Source of the DNA: the human T2T-CHM13v2.0 reference genome, Homo sapiens
Strand: one strand, 5' to 3'
Assembly: GCF_009914755.1 (NCBI RefSeq)
Contig: NC_060936.1
DNA length: 64,000 nucleotides
This document shows, piece after piece, positions 41,448-53,522 of the stretch (its first letter is position 1; each line of letters starts with the position of its first letter). Both the position numbers and the translations under genes were made by a program. The notes below the pieces were generated by a model that was not told where the DNA came from, made no database searches, and worked only from the letters and a program-made list of their open reading frames with translations.

Positions 41448-41766
41448 TTTTTGTTTTTTGTTTGTTTGAGACAGGGTCTCACTCTGTTGCCCAGCCTGGA
41501 ATGCAGTGGCATGATCTCAGCTCACTGCAGCCTTGACCTAATAATGGGCCCAAGTGATCCTCTCATATCAGCCTTCTGAGTAGCTGGGACCACAGACATG
41601 TGCCACCACACCTAGCTAATTTTTGTATATTTGTAGAGACATGGTTTTACCATGTTGCCCAGGCTGGTCTGGAACTCCTGGGCTCAAGCAATCCACCCAC
41701 CTCAGCCTCCCAAAGGTAACCAGACAATCCTCAACTGGGATTACAGGTGTGAACCACTATGCCCAG
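41448..41766 (-). mobile_element. AluJ
   Basis: gagacagggtctcactctgttgccc..ctcctgggctcaagcaatccaccc; carries two small insertions. Confidence 0.92.
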
Positions 41767-42472
41767 TCATCAAAAAGTTTAAGTAGTTTGTTCTTATTCT
41801 CATATGTACTAGTAACAATTAGCAGGTGGGATTAAAACTTAGATCTATATGACTCCAAGTTTATACTTTTAAAAATATTAAATTGGACTTAATTGAAAGT
41901 TTTTTTTCTGTTTAGAATAGTTCCTTACACATGGTAATCACAAAACATGGTAAAATGTTGAATGTGAGCAAAACAAACAAAAATAAACAAAAGAAGGATT
42001 CCTTATGTAAGTTTAAGACTCTTTTATTCATTAGTTTAAATCTGGATTCCATCTTTTACCCTGTCTTGGCATACAGCTTAATGCTTTTTTTTTTTTTAAT
42101 TTTTGCTTAACACAATCTACTCCATTGTCTTCTTGTGAGACCTAGGAGAGTTGCCAAAGGGTGTGGTTGTCAGTGGTTAGATTTTTAGAAATCACTCATG
42201 CTGTTTACTTCAGCTTTCATTATAATTAAACAATGATCTGCTTTATACATTATCACTTGCCAAGCACTAGATAAAATATTATATCTGCATCTGATAAAAT
42301 ATAGAAGTAAAAAAAAAACTATCAATCAATTTCAGAAATGCTTGTTTTATCATCTCGATGTAGCATGAATAAGCTCAAAGGTACATGTAACTCATTCTTT
42401 CTGGTATTTAATGTGTTAAGCAGATCCTGTTATTTATTCCCCTAAAATAAATCACAATTAAAAATCCATTCT

Positions 42473-42555
42473 GCTGGGCTTGGTGGCTCACGCCTGTAAT
42501 CTCAACACTTAGGAAGGCCAATGTGGGAGGAACACTTATGGACAGCAGTTTAAAA
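42473..42555 (+). mobile_element. Alu left-arm fragment
   Basis: gctgggcttggtggctcacgcctgtaatctcaacacttaggaaggcc. Confidence 0.8.
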
Positions 42556-42624
42556 ACCCATTCCTGGTTTAGTTAAGTGTTTTTTTTTTTTTAATTGAAC
42601 ACAGAGTTACCTTTATGATGGAAT

Positions 42625-42875
42625 CACAGTGGTATCCTATAAAGAGCAATGGACTTGGCAAAGCTGATCTATATCTGAGTTACAGCTTGACCAATTGAGT
42701 GACTGTGAAACCTTTAGAAAGTCATGCCATTTCTGAGCTACAGTTGGTTCATATGTAAAATGTGGATCAAAATTTATGCATTAATTACCTGGATGCTGTT
42801 GTCAGCATTAGATGAGAGAAGGTATATGAAACAACTTATGTTTGTAAAACATAAGACAAATGTCTTTTATTAGTA
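42625..42875 (+). mobile_element. MIR
   Basis: aaagagcaatggacttgg..tctgagctacagtt..catatgtaaaatgtggat..attagatgaga. Confidence 0.7.
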
Positions 42876-43356
42876 ATAGCATTTATATTCATGGCAACAT
42901 TCTTGGTGATCTATTCCTAAGCCTTATAAATGGTAGAGTTTCACACTTTCACTATAACCAACATTAACCAATTCCACTTTCCCTTCTCATTTTTTATTTC
43001 CTACCTCCTTCTAAAAATAGATATGAGGCATGTTGCCCTAAAATAGGCCCATTATGATTAATAAAGCATAAATGAAAGGAAGTTTGAATAGTGAAAAGTG
43101 AATACTTACTAAATACTAGAATTAAGATGGGTAACACCATGACTGAGACTATAGAACATTAAGTTCTACAATCTGAAGTTTGGTAATGGTAATGGCCTGA
43201 CATCAAGTAAATTTGAGTAAGAGATACAGATGTGGACAAAACACATATATTCTTATAAAATGCAATAAATAATTTTAAGGAGAAAAGCTGGATTCTATTA
43301 TATTATTTTATAAATATCATAAAAGAATAACTAGATTCTATAAAACATAAAAAGTA

Positions 43357-43650
43357 TTTTTGTTTTTGAGAGGGTGTTTTGTTCTTGTCACTCAGGTTGC
43401 AGAATAATGGCGTGATCTTGGCTCACCGCAACCTCCGCCTCCTGGGTTCAAGTAATTCTCCTGCCTCAGCCTCCCGAGTAGCTGGGATTATAGGCGCCTG
43501 CCACCATGCCCAGCTAATTTTTATATTTTTAGTAGAGACTGGGTTTCACCCTGTTGGCCAGGCTAATCTCGAACTCTTGACTTCAGGTGATCCGCCCGCC
43601 TTGGCCTCCCAAAATGCTGGGATGACAGGCATGAGCCACCACACCCAGCC
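43357..43650 (-). mobile_element. AluS (Sp/Sq-like)
   Basis: aatggcgtgatcttggctcaccgcaacctccgcctcc..cttcaggtgatccgcccgccttggcc. Confidence 0.93.
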
Positions 43651-43829
43651 AAAACTCTATTTTAATTTGTGAAGGGGGTCAGGAACATTTTGCTGTCTGA
43701 GGAAATGTTTGGGTGTATTTTAAACATTTATAATTTTCTAAAAACGAACCATCAGGACTTTAATTCATTAGTCCACTCATTCATTCAACTAATTAATATT
43801 TGAGAGTCTTTATGGATATAGAAAGAAAA

Positions 43830-44070
43830 ATAATAATGGTTAACTTTTATCAAGCACTTATGTATGATGCTATGATATTCCTATGTATCAATCATGCATT
43901 GTGGTAAACACTTTAATTGTATAAACTTCTTTCATCCTTGTAATTTCTCTATAGGTAGGAAATATTAGCATACCTAATTTACAGGAGATGAAACTAAGGA
44001 AAAATAAAGTAAGTGACTAGCCTAACTTAGGTCAGTGGCTTGTAAGTGGCAATGAAAGGATTTCACTCCA
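43830..44070 (-). mobile_element. MIR
   Basis: ataggtagg..tttacaggagatgaaactaagg..aagtgactagcctaa..gtaagtggc..ggatttcactcc. Confidence 0.7.
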
Positions 44071-44079
44071 TAGTTAAAT

Positions 44080-44800
44080 TTCTATTTGAGAATGATCACT
44101 CTAGCAGCAGCATAAGGAATAGACTGGAAGAGGTGGAGGTTATCAGTTAAAAGGAGGCTATAGTGATACTTGAATTGCAAACTCATAGGGACCTAAGATA
44201 AGACTCTGGAAAGTAGAAGAAGATATGGATTAAAAACTGCTTTCGATCAAAAATAAAGGATCTGGAGAACCACTTGTATGTGTGTTTTGAATGAGTAAGT
44301 TGTAGTTTAGATTGTTTTTCCAGATTTCTGACCAGATAGGCTGAATATATAATGATGCCATTCACATCACGGAAATCTAGGACTAGGATAGATCTTGGAG
44401 AAAACGTGATGTATGTAATGATTCAAATTGGGACATGAAGAGTTTGAGGTTTCTGTAAAATGGCAGATATTCTGTAGGCAGATTAATATGTGGGTGTGGA
44501 GTTTAGGAGCAAGTTTTGGGCTGGAAGTCTGGACTTCTTACTTAAAGCCAAGTGAATGGGTAAAGAAAATGGTATGTAGTAATAGTAATAAGTAAAGAGA
44601 GCTACAAAGGTTAATTTAGCTAAGATCAGAAAGTGAACATTGAATTTGACAATATGGAGGCATCTTTCACTTATTCATTCAACTAATATTTAATAAGAGG
44701 TTATTATCAAGCACCGTGCAGGAAACTAGGAATACAATTTTAGCAGAAGAGATATTGCCTCTGTCTTCATGACGTTTGATCTAATGGTGAGTATTCATCA
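44080..44800 (-). mobile_element. L2 fragments
   Basis: tgagaatgatcactctagcagcag..gaatagactggaag, ttgggacatgaagagtttgagg, ttattcattcaactaatattt; boundaries approximate. Confidence 0.65.
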
Positions 44801-45461
44801 AGTAATCATTCAAGTAACCACTCTGAATTTAGAGATATCAGCCTGAATAGTGGGAATTGCAGAAGAGAAGTCCCCAGTGAAAGGCATCTTTGAAGAGCCA
44901 CATAAAATCAGCTTCCATATGGGTGTGTTCAGAGAGTGCAAATCAATTTAAGATGCCTCAGGTTCAAATATGATATTTATTGTCCTTTGGTCTCTTCTTT
45001 CCTAGTAATACCTTCCTTCTCCTATTCTTTTGGAAACCTAGGGGCAAAGTAGGGAGGAAGAAGGCCTGAAACAGGCCCTAGATAGGAGAAAGAACAATTA
45101 ATTCTAAAATCAAATTTGAAGTTTTGATCAGTATCTTGAAACAGGGCGTTCTAATTATTGAGTAGAGACTGAGTTTGAGACTTAAACTAAAAGCATGACT
45201 ACCTATTATTTAACAGTAAGCAGAAAAGCTGAGGAATTGGGCAAGGATTTGCTTAAAGGGCAAAGGAAAATGACTCTGAATGAATTTTTGAATTATCCAT
45301 GGGAGGAAAAAAAATGTTATCTTTGCTGTTATGTCAGGAGCCACGCACTAGGGAGGGCTGCAGCACACTGAAGAGCTGATGAAAAGTGAGGGGTTCCTTT
45401 TCCAAAATATACATAAAAATAGGGGAAGTATGGAATGAGAGAGAGGTAGACTATGGAGAGG

Positions 45462-46160
45462 TTTGTTTGTTGTTTGTTTTTTGGTTTTTTTTTTAAGGCA
45501 AAGTCTCACTCTGTCACCCAGGCTGGAATACAATGGGGCAACCACGGCTTACTGCAGCCTTGACCACTGGGGTTCAAGCAATTCTCCCACCTCAGCCTTC
45601 TGAGTAGCTGGAACTACAGGCACATGCCACCATGCCTGGCTTATTTATTTTTATTTTTTGTAGAGATGGTGTATTAGTTCGTTCTCACGCTACTATAAAG
45701 AACTGCCCAAGACTGAGCAATTTATAAAGGAATAAGGTTTAATTTACTCAGAGTTCCACATGGCTGGGGAGGCCTCAGAAAACTTATAATCATGGCAGAA
45801 GGGGAAGCAGACACATCCTTCTTCACATGGTGGCAGGAGAGAGAAGCATGAGAACTGAGCGATGGGGTAAGCCGCTTATAAAACCATCACATCTCGTGAG
45901 AGCTAACTCACTATCACAAGAACAGGATGGGGAAAACCACCTTCATGATTCAATTACCACCCACCAGGTCCCTCCCAAGATATGTGGGGGTTATGGGAAC
46001 TATAATTCAAGATGAGATTTGGGTGAGGACACAGCCCCACCATATCAGACACGGTCTCACTATATTGCCAGGTCTTGTGTCAAACTCCTGGGCTCAAGCA
46101 ATCCTCCTGCCTTAGCCTCCCAAAGTGCTGGAATACAGGCATGAGCCACAGCACCTGATC
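45462..46160 (-). mobile_element. AluJ split by a THE1 LTR
   Basis: Right arm at 45462-45669; left arm resumes at 46048 (ggtctcactatattgcc..ctcctgggctcaagcaatcc). Confidence 0.9.
45670..46047 (-). mobile_element. THE1C/D-like solo LTR (MaLR)
   Basis: tgtattagttcgttctcacgct..catggcagaagg..gatgagatttgggtgaggacacagc..catatca; decayed 5-bp TSD gatgg/gacac (Alu consensus gacgg). Confidence 0.93.
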
Positions 46161-48159
46161 ATTATTTTTTTAACATTGAAAACAACATCTGAGCATTTTT
46201 GTATGCTAAGAGAAAACAATAGAGAAATGCTGATTTTACAAAACAGAGAGTGAATGATTCTTGTATGCATATTTATTCTTGAGTTACTTTAAGAATTTGT
46301 GCTTAAACAAATATTTATTTTTAGGTCATGAATATTAGCAGCATAACCAAGAAATTATGTGGTTTCTTTACCTTTGAAATTACCTTTCTTTTCAGAATGT
46401 TCAAGTTTATTCTCTGTCATTTGCAAGTCAAATAATTCGTTTTTCCAGGTAAAATTATTCTATTTTAATTGCAGGAACTTCATCTATAACTTAGGTCTTA
46501 CATGGGATCTTGAAGCATTTAATAAATGTGTAAGCTCCATGACAAACTTTGTTTTATTCCCTTTTACTATATAAATTATATTCACTACAGCATTCCCAGT
46601 GGCTGGAGCCAGGAGCTGATGAATAGTATATGCTAAAATATATTGGGGGAATGAAAAATAGTAGCTGAAACTTAAGATATTGGATGAATAATAGCTAAGT
46701 GATAAGTCCTATATAGAAAACAGTTAATACCAGGTAACAGTCTGCTTGAGCCAGTCAGTTTTAAAAGTCAGAGATTAAGAAGACTGAAAGAGAATTTGAT
46801 CTTCAAATGAACATTACTTATGTATTTATTCAATAAACTTTAATGTGAAGATTTACTTAATTTTATTAAAAAAGAGACTGATGAATGGGTTCACTTGTAT
46901 TTTGCCTTCACGCACAAAAAAAAAAACCTCTGTAAAATAGTTAAGACAGACAAGAAAATAAGAGGACAAATGTGTCTAAGTTACTGACATTAAGCCAATG
47001 TGGGAACAACAAAATCCAAGATTTGAGACAGAAAGATATTATGTAATATAAGTTTCTGGAGTCACTAAATTCCTTCAAATACTTTTAAAGAGAAGGCTAT
47101 CTGTGTTCCAAAAGTACTGTCTCATTGTTTAGCCTGAGCACTACTCCCTTAAATACAGGAAATGATTTGAACTCAGTCATTGTAGACCTTTGCTTATTCA
47201 TTCAGCCATACCACTGTTTTTTTTTTAATGTATGCAATTTAACAAAATGAGTATTATCATGAACTATATGGATATAGAATTCTGACACTGGAAATTGTGG
47301 GTTGAATTCAGCAGATTGATCATGATTACAGCTTTTTTATTGCAGTTTTTTCCTCTGTACTTTTATCATGTGAATGGCACCCCTATTTATTGTTAAGTAT
47401 TTTCAAAATGTAACCACTGGTTTTAACTACAACTATTATTATATTTATAGAAAACTGGCAAAGCAGACGTAGGTTGTTATTCACAAAGTTACAGGTTCTC
47501 TATAAATAAAAGGTGATAATTATCATACGAAAACTTACATTTTGCATATGAATTAAAAGAGCACAAGAGTGACACTTATTTCTTAAGATTTAAGATGTGA
47601 AAAGTAGCTGTTTAGGATTTTCAACTTCCATATTAAATAAGCCTTTCAATTAGGTTATCCTAGTGCTTCCTGTATACTAAACAATGATTAAACAAGAATA
47701 GGAAAGGTAAGTCACACATTCCCATTTGGGAGATGCTATTGTTAAATTATTTTCAGTAGTATTACTTACTTCCTTGAGTGAGGTTTTAAGCAGTGATCTA
47801 TCCTAAAGATAGTATTTCTGAGGAAGAGATGTACTTTTTCCTTTCAGTCATTTTATTATTTTTTAAGGTATGCCATTCATAGTCTGGATTAGTAAAACAA
47901 CTTCTTGTATATACTAAAACTAATTTGAGGAATATCTCAGGGTTTGCAGATTATTTAAACTCACACGTGCTTTTGCTGACAGTTTCAAGATTCCTCCTTT
48001 TCATGTCTCTCCTCACATTTCTCATTTGTTTTAGTGTTATATGTATTAGAAACAAAATCCCCTAATTGTTAACTCATAGCAGAAACCCTCAAAAACTCTC
48101 AACCCTTCCCATACTTCCTATGTACTCACCATTCCAGTATACCTAATTTTTGTGCACGT

Positions 48160-48526
48160 CAGTGGAGTCCTGCTTTGGAGAGTTGGGCTGTGGCTAGAGG
48201 TGGGAACATGAGAGAGCTGGAAGTGCTTGGAAGTTCATGGTTCTGGAGTGCCCTTCAGCCAATATCAGAGAGGAATTGGAGGATAAATACTTCAGCGTCC
48301 TCACTTGTTGGGTGGATAACTCCACATGGTCTCTCAGAGTTCTGCAGAATAGACCTCAGTTGCCCATAGTAATAATCAGCTATAAAATGCACCTTTCATT
48401 GTCTTTTTCCCCACTTTGTCGCAGTTTCTCACTCTCCTAATAATGCTTCTTAAAATCATCCTCTAAATAAACTTACACTGCAATTCTTGTTCCTGGGGCT
48501 GCTTTGAAGGGACCCAAACTAAGACA
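48160..48526 (+). mobile_element. LTR16-family LTR (ERVL)
   Basis: cagccaat..ggataaatac..ggataactc..cagttgcccatagtaat..aaataaact..cccaaactaagaca; left boundary approximate. Confidence 0.78.
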
Positions 48527-48594
48527 TAAGTATTCGCAATTAGAACTTACATGTTAATGTAAGGTAAACACTATTCAAATTGATTGAAAAGATT

Positions 48595-48830
48595 AATAAT
48601 GATAATTTAAAAATAGTGCCATTTTATTGAATGCTTGTTATGTAATTATGTGCCAATAACCAGTCTAAATGGTTTTTTACATATTATGTAATTCGCCCAG
48701 TATCTCTATAAGGTTGTATTATATTCCCATTTTATAAATGAAGAAACTAAGGCTTAAAGATAGTAAGTCATTTTACTGAGGCTCTATAGCTAGTAAGTAT
48801 TAGAGCCAGGATTTGAAACCCGTGCTCTTG
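48595..48830 (-). mobile_element. MIR
   Basis: ttattgaatgcttgttatgt..cccattttataaatgaagaaactaaggct..gagccaggatttgaaaccc. Confidence 0.85.
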
Positions 48831-48901
48831 TCACTCAGCAGAAAGTCCCCACAAATTGCAAATTCTTTAAACAAATTAGGTCCCCTCAGGGAATATGAAT
48901 T

Positions 48902-48904
<3 letters not shown>

Positions 48905-48952
<48 letters not shown>
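48905..48952. repeat. (GT)n microsatellite
   Basis: About 21 uninterrupted GT units plus degenerate end. Confidence 0.95.
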
Positions 48953-48954
<2 letters not shown>

Positions 48955-49471
48955 TTCAGGATGTATTTGTTTATATTTATCCTACAATTCTTGTAATATG
49001 TGTATCATTTTTATATTTCATCTGTTTTGTACTTAATATTGGTTCATTTTGCTAAAAGTTTCATGATAAATGCAAATAAAGACATTTATTTTCTTTAAAA
49101 AGTAATTGTATTTTGACCATGGACAATAGTAACCATTATAAAGAATCCTTCAAAAGAACAAATGAAACTTGAGGCTTGGTTGTCACATGAGTCATCCACC
49201 ACCAGCAAACTTACATCTCCCAAGAATTAAGGCTTAAGTCCAATTGGTTGAAGTAATAAGATAATAAATCATTTACAGAAGAATCTTATTTTTGGTTTGC
49301 TAAAAAAAGGAGGAAGTTTTATTTTCTATAGAAATGGAGACAAAACTCATACTAACAAATTCCAGATTAAACTAATACTTGTTGGATAGCAAAGAACCTG
49401 GCTTTCTTATCCATCATTGGTTTAGAAGATTGTGTAATCATTGGAATTTTGCTGTGATAGAAACAGAAATA

Positions 49472-49800
49472 TAATTGGGTCTCTGTATCTGCAGGTTCCA
49501 CAGCCAAGAATCCAACCAACAACACATTAAAAGTATTTTTTAAAATAAGTAAAAAGTGACAATACAACAATAAAAAATAATACAAATAAAAACCAATATA
49601 GTATAATAACTGTTTATTGAGGGTTTAAATTGTATTAGGTATTTAAAATAACATAGAAATGATTTAAAGTATATGGGAAGATATACAGAGGTTATATGCA
49701 AATACTATGTCATTTTGTTATAAAGGAATTGAACATCCATAGATTTTGGTATCTGTGGGGGGCCCTTGAACCAATCTCCATGGATATCATTGGACAACCG
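49472..49800. mobile_element. MER2 (Tigger-derived DNA transposon)
   Basis: ctctgtatctgcaggttccaca..gatttaaagtatatgggaagat..ggttatatgcaaatact..gattttggtatctgtgggg..; TA on both flanks. Confidence 0.88.
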
Positions 49801-50214
49801 TACCTATTTCCCTAGATATATGCAAAGTCAGAGGAAAAATAAAAAACAACTTTTTCATTTTAAATTCAATATATTTAAGCAAGTTTCTGTTGTAAAATGC
49901 AAAGTCAATATTTAAAAATGCAAATTCGTAGTTCATTTTCTAAAGGAAAGAATAATAACTATTAGTAAAAAAAAAAGAGGGTACTTTAAAAAGTGGTATG
50001 CAATTACCTATATGAAATTCTGCCAACAAAAATTTTACTTAGTGATCGTAGTTCATTTGTAAAACCAATTTTATCTTCTATAAAATGATAGAACACATAT
50101 ATCTCTCAAGTTTTAATAAATAGTGGCTCTTTTGTCATACTTTGCCTATAGTTAGTTACATACATATCTGTCAGTTCAACTAAAGTTTGATCTTCTTGGG
50201 GAAGGTATAATTTA

Positions 50215-50410
50215 ATTATTCAATGAATATTTATTGTAAACCTACCTTGTGACAAATCATGTGCTGAACTTTACAAATACAAAGACAAACAAGTTGAGGC
50301 CTGAGTCCTTACAGAACTTGGAAAAGCAGAATGAGAAAGAAGATAACTAAAGATTAATATAATAAATGTCATGATAGCAGCATATACAAAGTTCTCAGAG
50401 GGTGGATAGT
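50215..50410 (-). mobile_element. L2 3' end
   Basis: attcaatgaatatttattgtaaacctacc..catgtgctga..aaatacaaagacaaacaag. Confidence 0.6.
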
Positions 50411-52440
50411 CAATCTAATTTTATAGAAGTGATGAGAAAGAGAGAGAGAAAAAGAGAGAGATTAGTTGAAATATGAATGTATACAAACTTAAAATAATAT
50501 ATATCTATGATATTAAAGATGGAGAATGTTAAAAACTTGGTAATCAAATAAAGTGAGTAAAAAAGTAACTTAAAATGGAATTTGGATGTGTAGCCTGGAT
50601 TCATTGTAGAAGGGTATTCCTACTTCTGTTTAGTGCTATAGACAAGAAAATAATAGAAAAAAGGCTTAACAGGAAATTTTGAAGATTTTCAACATGTTGA
50701 GGACAAAGTGCCCATGGAACAAGCATGTGGAAATGCGAGGTGACGGGAAAGATCAGCAGATTTACCAATATGGGGGAACATCAAAAATTTCTGAGAGTAA
50801 ATATAATTATCCCAGGACAGAATAGATGGAAACTCATCTAGAGCAGGGATCTTGTCTTGCTCACAATGCCTAAAAAGAGCATTTTTTAAATCGTATTGAC
50901 TACCCTGAGAGGATGTGACAAACATTAAGAACAAGATACTAGGTAACTTCAAAATGTTGTAAGGAAAGGAAAATTGAATTATTCAACGGAATAAATAATC
51001 ACAAATAAGATCAATGTAGACTTTTTCAAATGAAACCTGATAAACAGAAGTAGCAACTATGCCTTTGTATTCTTAGGACAGATAAATGTGCACATTGAGG
51101 TGGCTGGAAGATGGCCAAATAGGAACGGCTCCGGTCTGCAGCTCCCAGTGAGATCAATGCACAGAAGGTGGGTGATTTCTGCATTTCCACCTGAGGTACC
51201 CGGCTCATCTCATTGGGACTGGTTAGACAGTGGGTGCAGCCCACAGAGGGCAAGCTGAAGCAGGGTGGGGCATCACCTCACCCAGGAAGCACAAGGGGTC
51301 GGGGAACTCCCTCCCCTAGTCAAGGGAAGCCATGAGGGACTGTGCCATAAAGAATGGTGCATTCCGTCCCAGATACTAAACTTTACCCAAAGTCTTCACA
51401 ACCCACAGACCAGGAGATTCCCTCAAATGCCTATACCAAGGGCCCTGGGTTTCAAAAACAAGACTGGGCAGCCATTTGGGCAGTCACTGACCTAGCTGCA
51501 GGAGTTTTTTTTTTCATACCTCAGTGGCACCTGGAATGTCAGCGAGACAGAACCATTCACTCCCCTGGAAAGAGGGCTGAAGTCAAGGAGACAAGTGGTC
51601 TAGCTCAGTGGAACCCACCACCACAGAGCCCTGCAAGCCAAGATGCACTGGCTTGAAATTCTCGCAGCCAGCACAGCAGTCTGAAGTCAACTTGGGACAC
51701 TGAAGCTTGGTGAGGGGAGGGGCGTCCACCATTACTGAAGCTTGAGTAAGCAGTTTTCCCCTCACAGTGTAAACAAAGCCGTCTGGAAGTTGAAACTAGG
51801 CAGAGCCCACCACAGCTCGACAAATTCGCTGTAGCCAGACTGCCTTTCTAGATTCCTCCTCTCTGGGCAGGGCATCTCTGAAAGAAAGGCAGCAGCCCCA
51901 GTAAGGGGCTTATAGATAAAACTCCCATCTCCCTGGAACAGAGAACCTGGGGGAAGGGGCGGCTGTGGGCACAGCTTCAGCAGACTTAAACATTCCTGCC
52001 TACAGGCTCTGAAGAGAGCAGCAAATCTCCCAGCACAGTACTCGAGCTCTGCTAAGGGATAGACTGCCTCCTCAAGTGGGTCCCTGATTCCCATGTCTCC
52101 TGACTGGGAGACACCTCTCAGCAGGGGTCAAGAGACACGTCATACAGGAGAGCTCTGGCTGACATCTGGCCGGTGACCCTCTGGGATGAAGCTTCCAGAG
52201 GAAGGAACAGGCAGCAATCTTTGCTGTTCTGCAGCCTCCACCGGTGATACCCAGGCAAACAAGATCTGGAGCATACCTCCAGCAAACTCCAGCAGACCTG
52301 CAGCAGAGGAGCCTGACTGTTAGAAGGAAAACTAACAAACAGAAAGGAATAGCAATAACATCAATAAAAAGCACGTCCACACAAAAACCCCATCTGAAGG
52401 TCATCAATATCAAAGAACAAAGGTAGATAAATCCACGAAG

Positions 52441-53459
52441 ATAAGCAAAATCCAGTGCAAAAAGACTGAAAATTCCAAAAGCTAGAATGCCTCTTCTCCT
52501 CCAAAGGATTGCAACTTGCCAGAAAGGGAGCAAAACTGGAGGGAGAATGAGTTTGACGAATTGACAGAAGTAGTCTTCAGAAGGTGGGTAATAAAAGACT
52601 CCTAGTTAAAGGAACATGTTATAACCCAATGCAAAGAAGCTAAAAACCTTGAAAAAAAGTTAGAGGAATTGCTAACTAGAATAACCAATTTAGAGAAGAA
52701 CATAAATGACCTGATGGAGCTGAAAAACACAGCACAATAACTTCTTGAAGCAAACACAAGTATCAATAGCTGAAATGATCAAGCAGAAGAAAGGATATCA
52801 GAGATTGAAGATCAACTTAATGAAATAAAGTGTGAAGACAAGATTAGAGAAAAAAGAATGAAAAGAAATGAACAAAGCCTCCAAGAAATATAGGACTATG
52901 CGAAAAGACCAAACCTACATTTGATTGGTTTACCTGAAAGTGACAGGGAGAATGGAACCAAGTTGGAAAACACTCTTCAGGATATTATACAGGAGAACTT
53001 CCCCAACCTAGCAAGACAGGCCAACATTCAAGTTCAGGAAATAGAGAGAACATCAGAAAGACTCCTCGAGAAGAGCTACCCCAAGACACATCATTGTCAG
53101 ATTCACCAAGGTTGAAATGAAAGAAAAAAGTGTTAAGAGCAGCCAGAGAGAAAGATTGGGTTACCCACAAAAGGAAGCCCCTCAGACTAACAGCGGATTT
53201 CCCTGCAGAAACACTACAAGCCAGAAGAGAGTGGGGGCCAATATTCAACAATCTTAAAGAAAAGAATTTTCAACCCAGAATTTCATATCCAGCCAAAATA
53301 AGCCTTATAAGTGAAATAGAAATAAAATCCTTCACAGACAAGCAAATGCTGAGCGATTTTATCATCACCAGGCCTGCCTTATAAGAGCTCCTGAAGGAAG
53401 CACTAAATATGGAAAGGAAAAACTGGTACCAGTCACTGCAAAAACATAACAAATTATAA
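52441..53459 (+). pseudogene. L1 ORF1 remnant
   Basis: Start mutated to ATA; stops and frameshifts; peptides ENGTKLENTLQDIIQENFPNLARQ and ARREWGPIFNNLKEKNFQPRISYPAK. Confidence 0.88.
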
Positions 53460-53522
53460 CGACCATCAACACTATGAAGAAATTGCCTCAACTAACAGGC
53501 AAAATAACCAGCTAGCATCATA

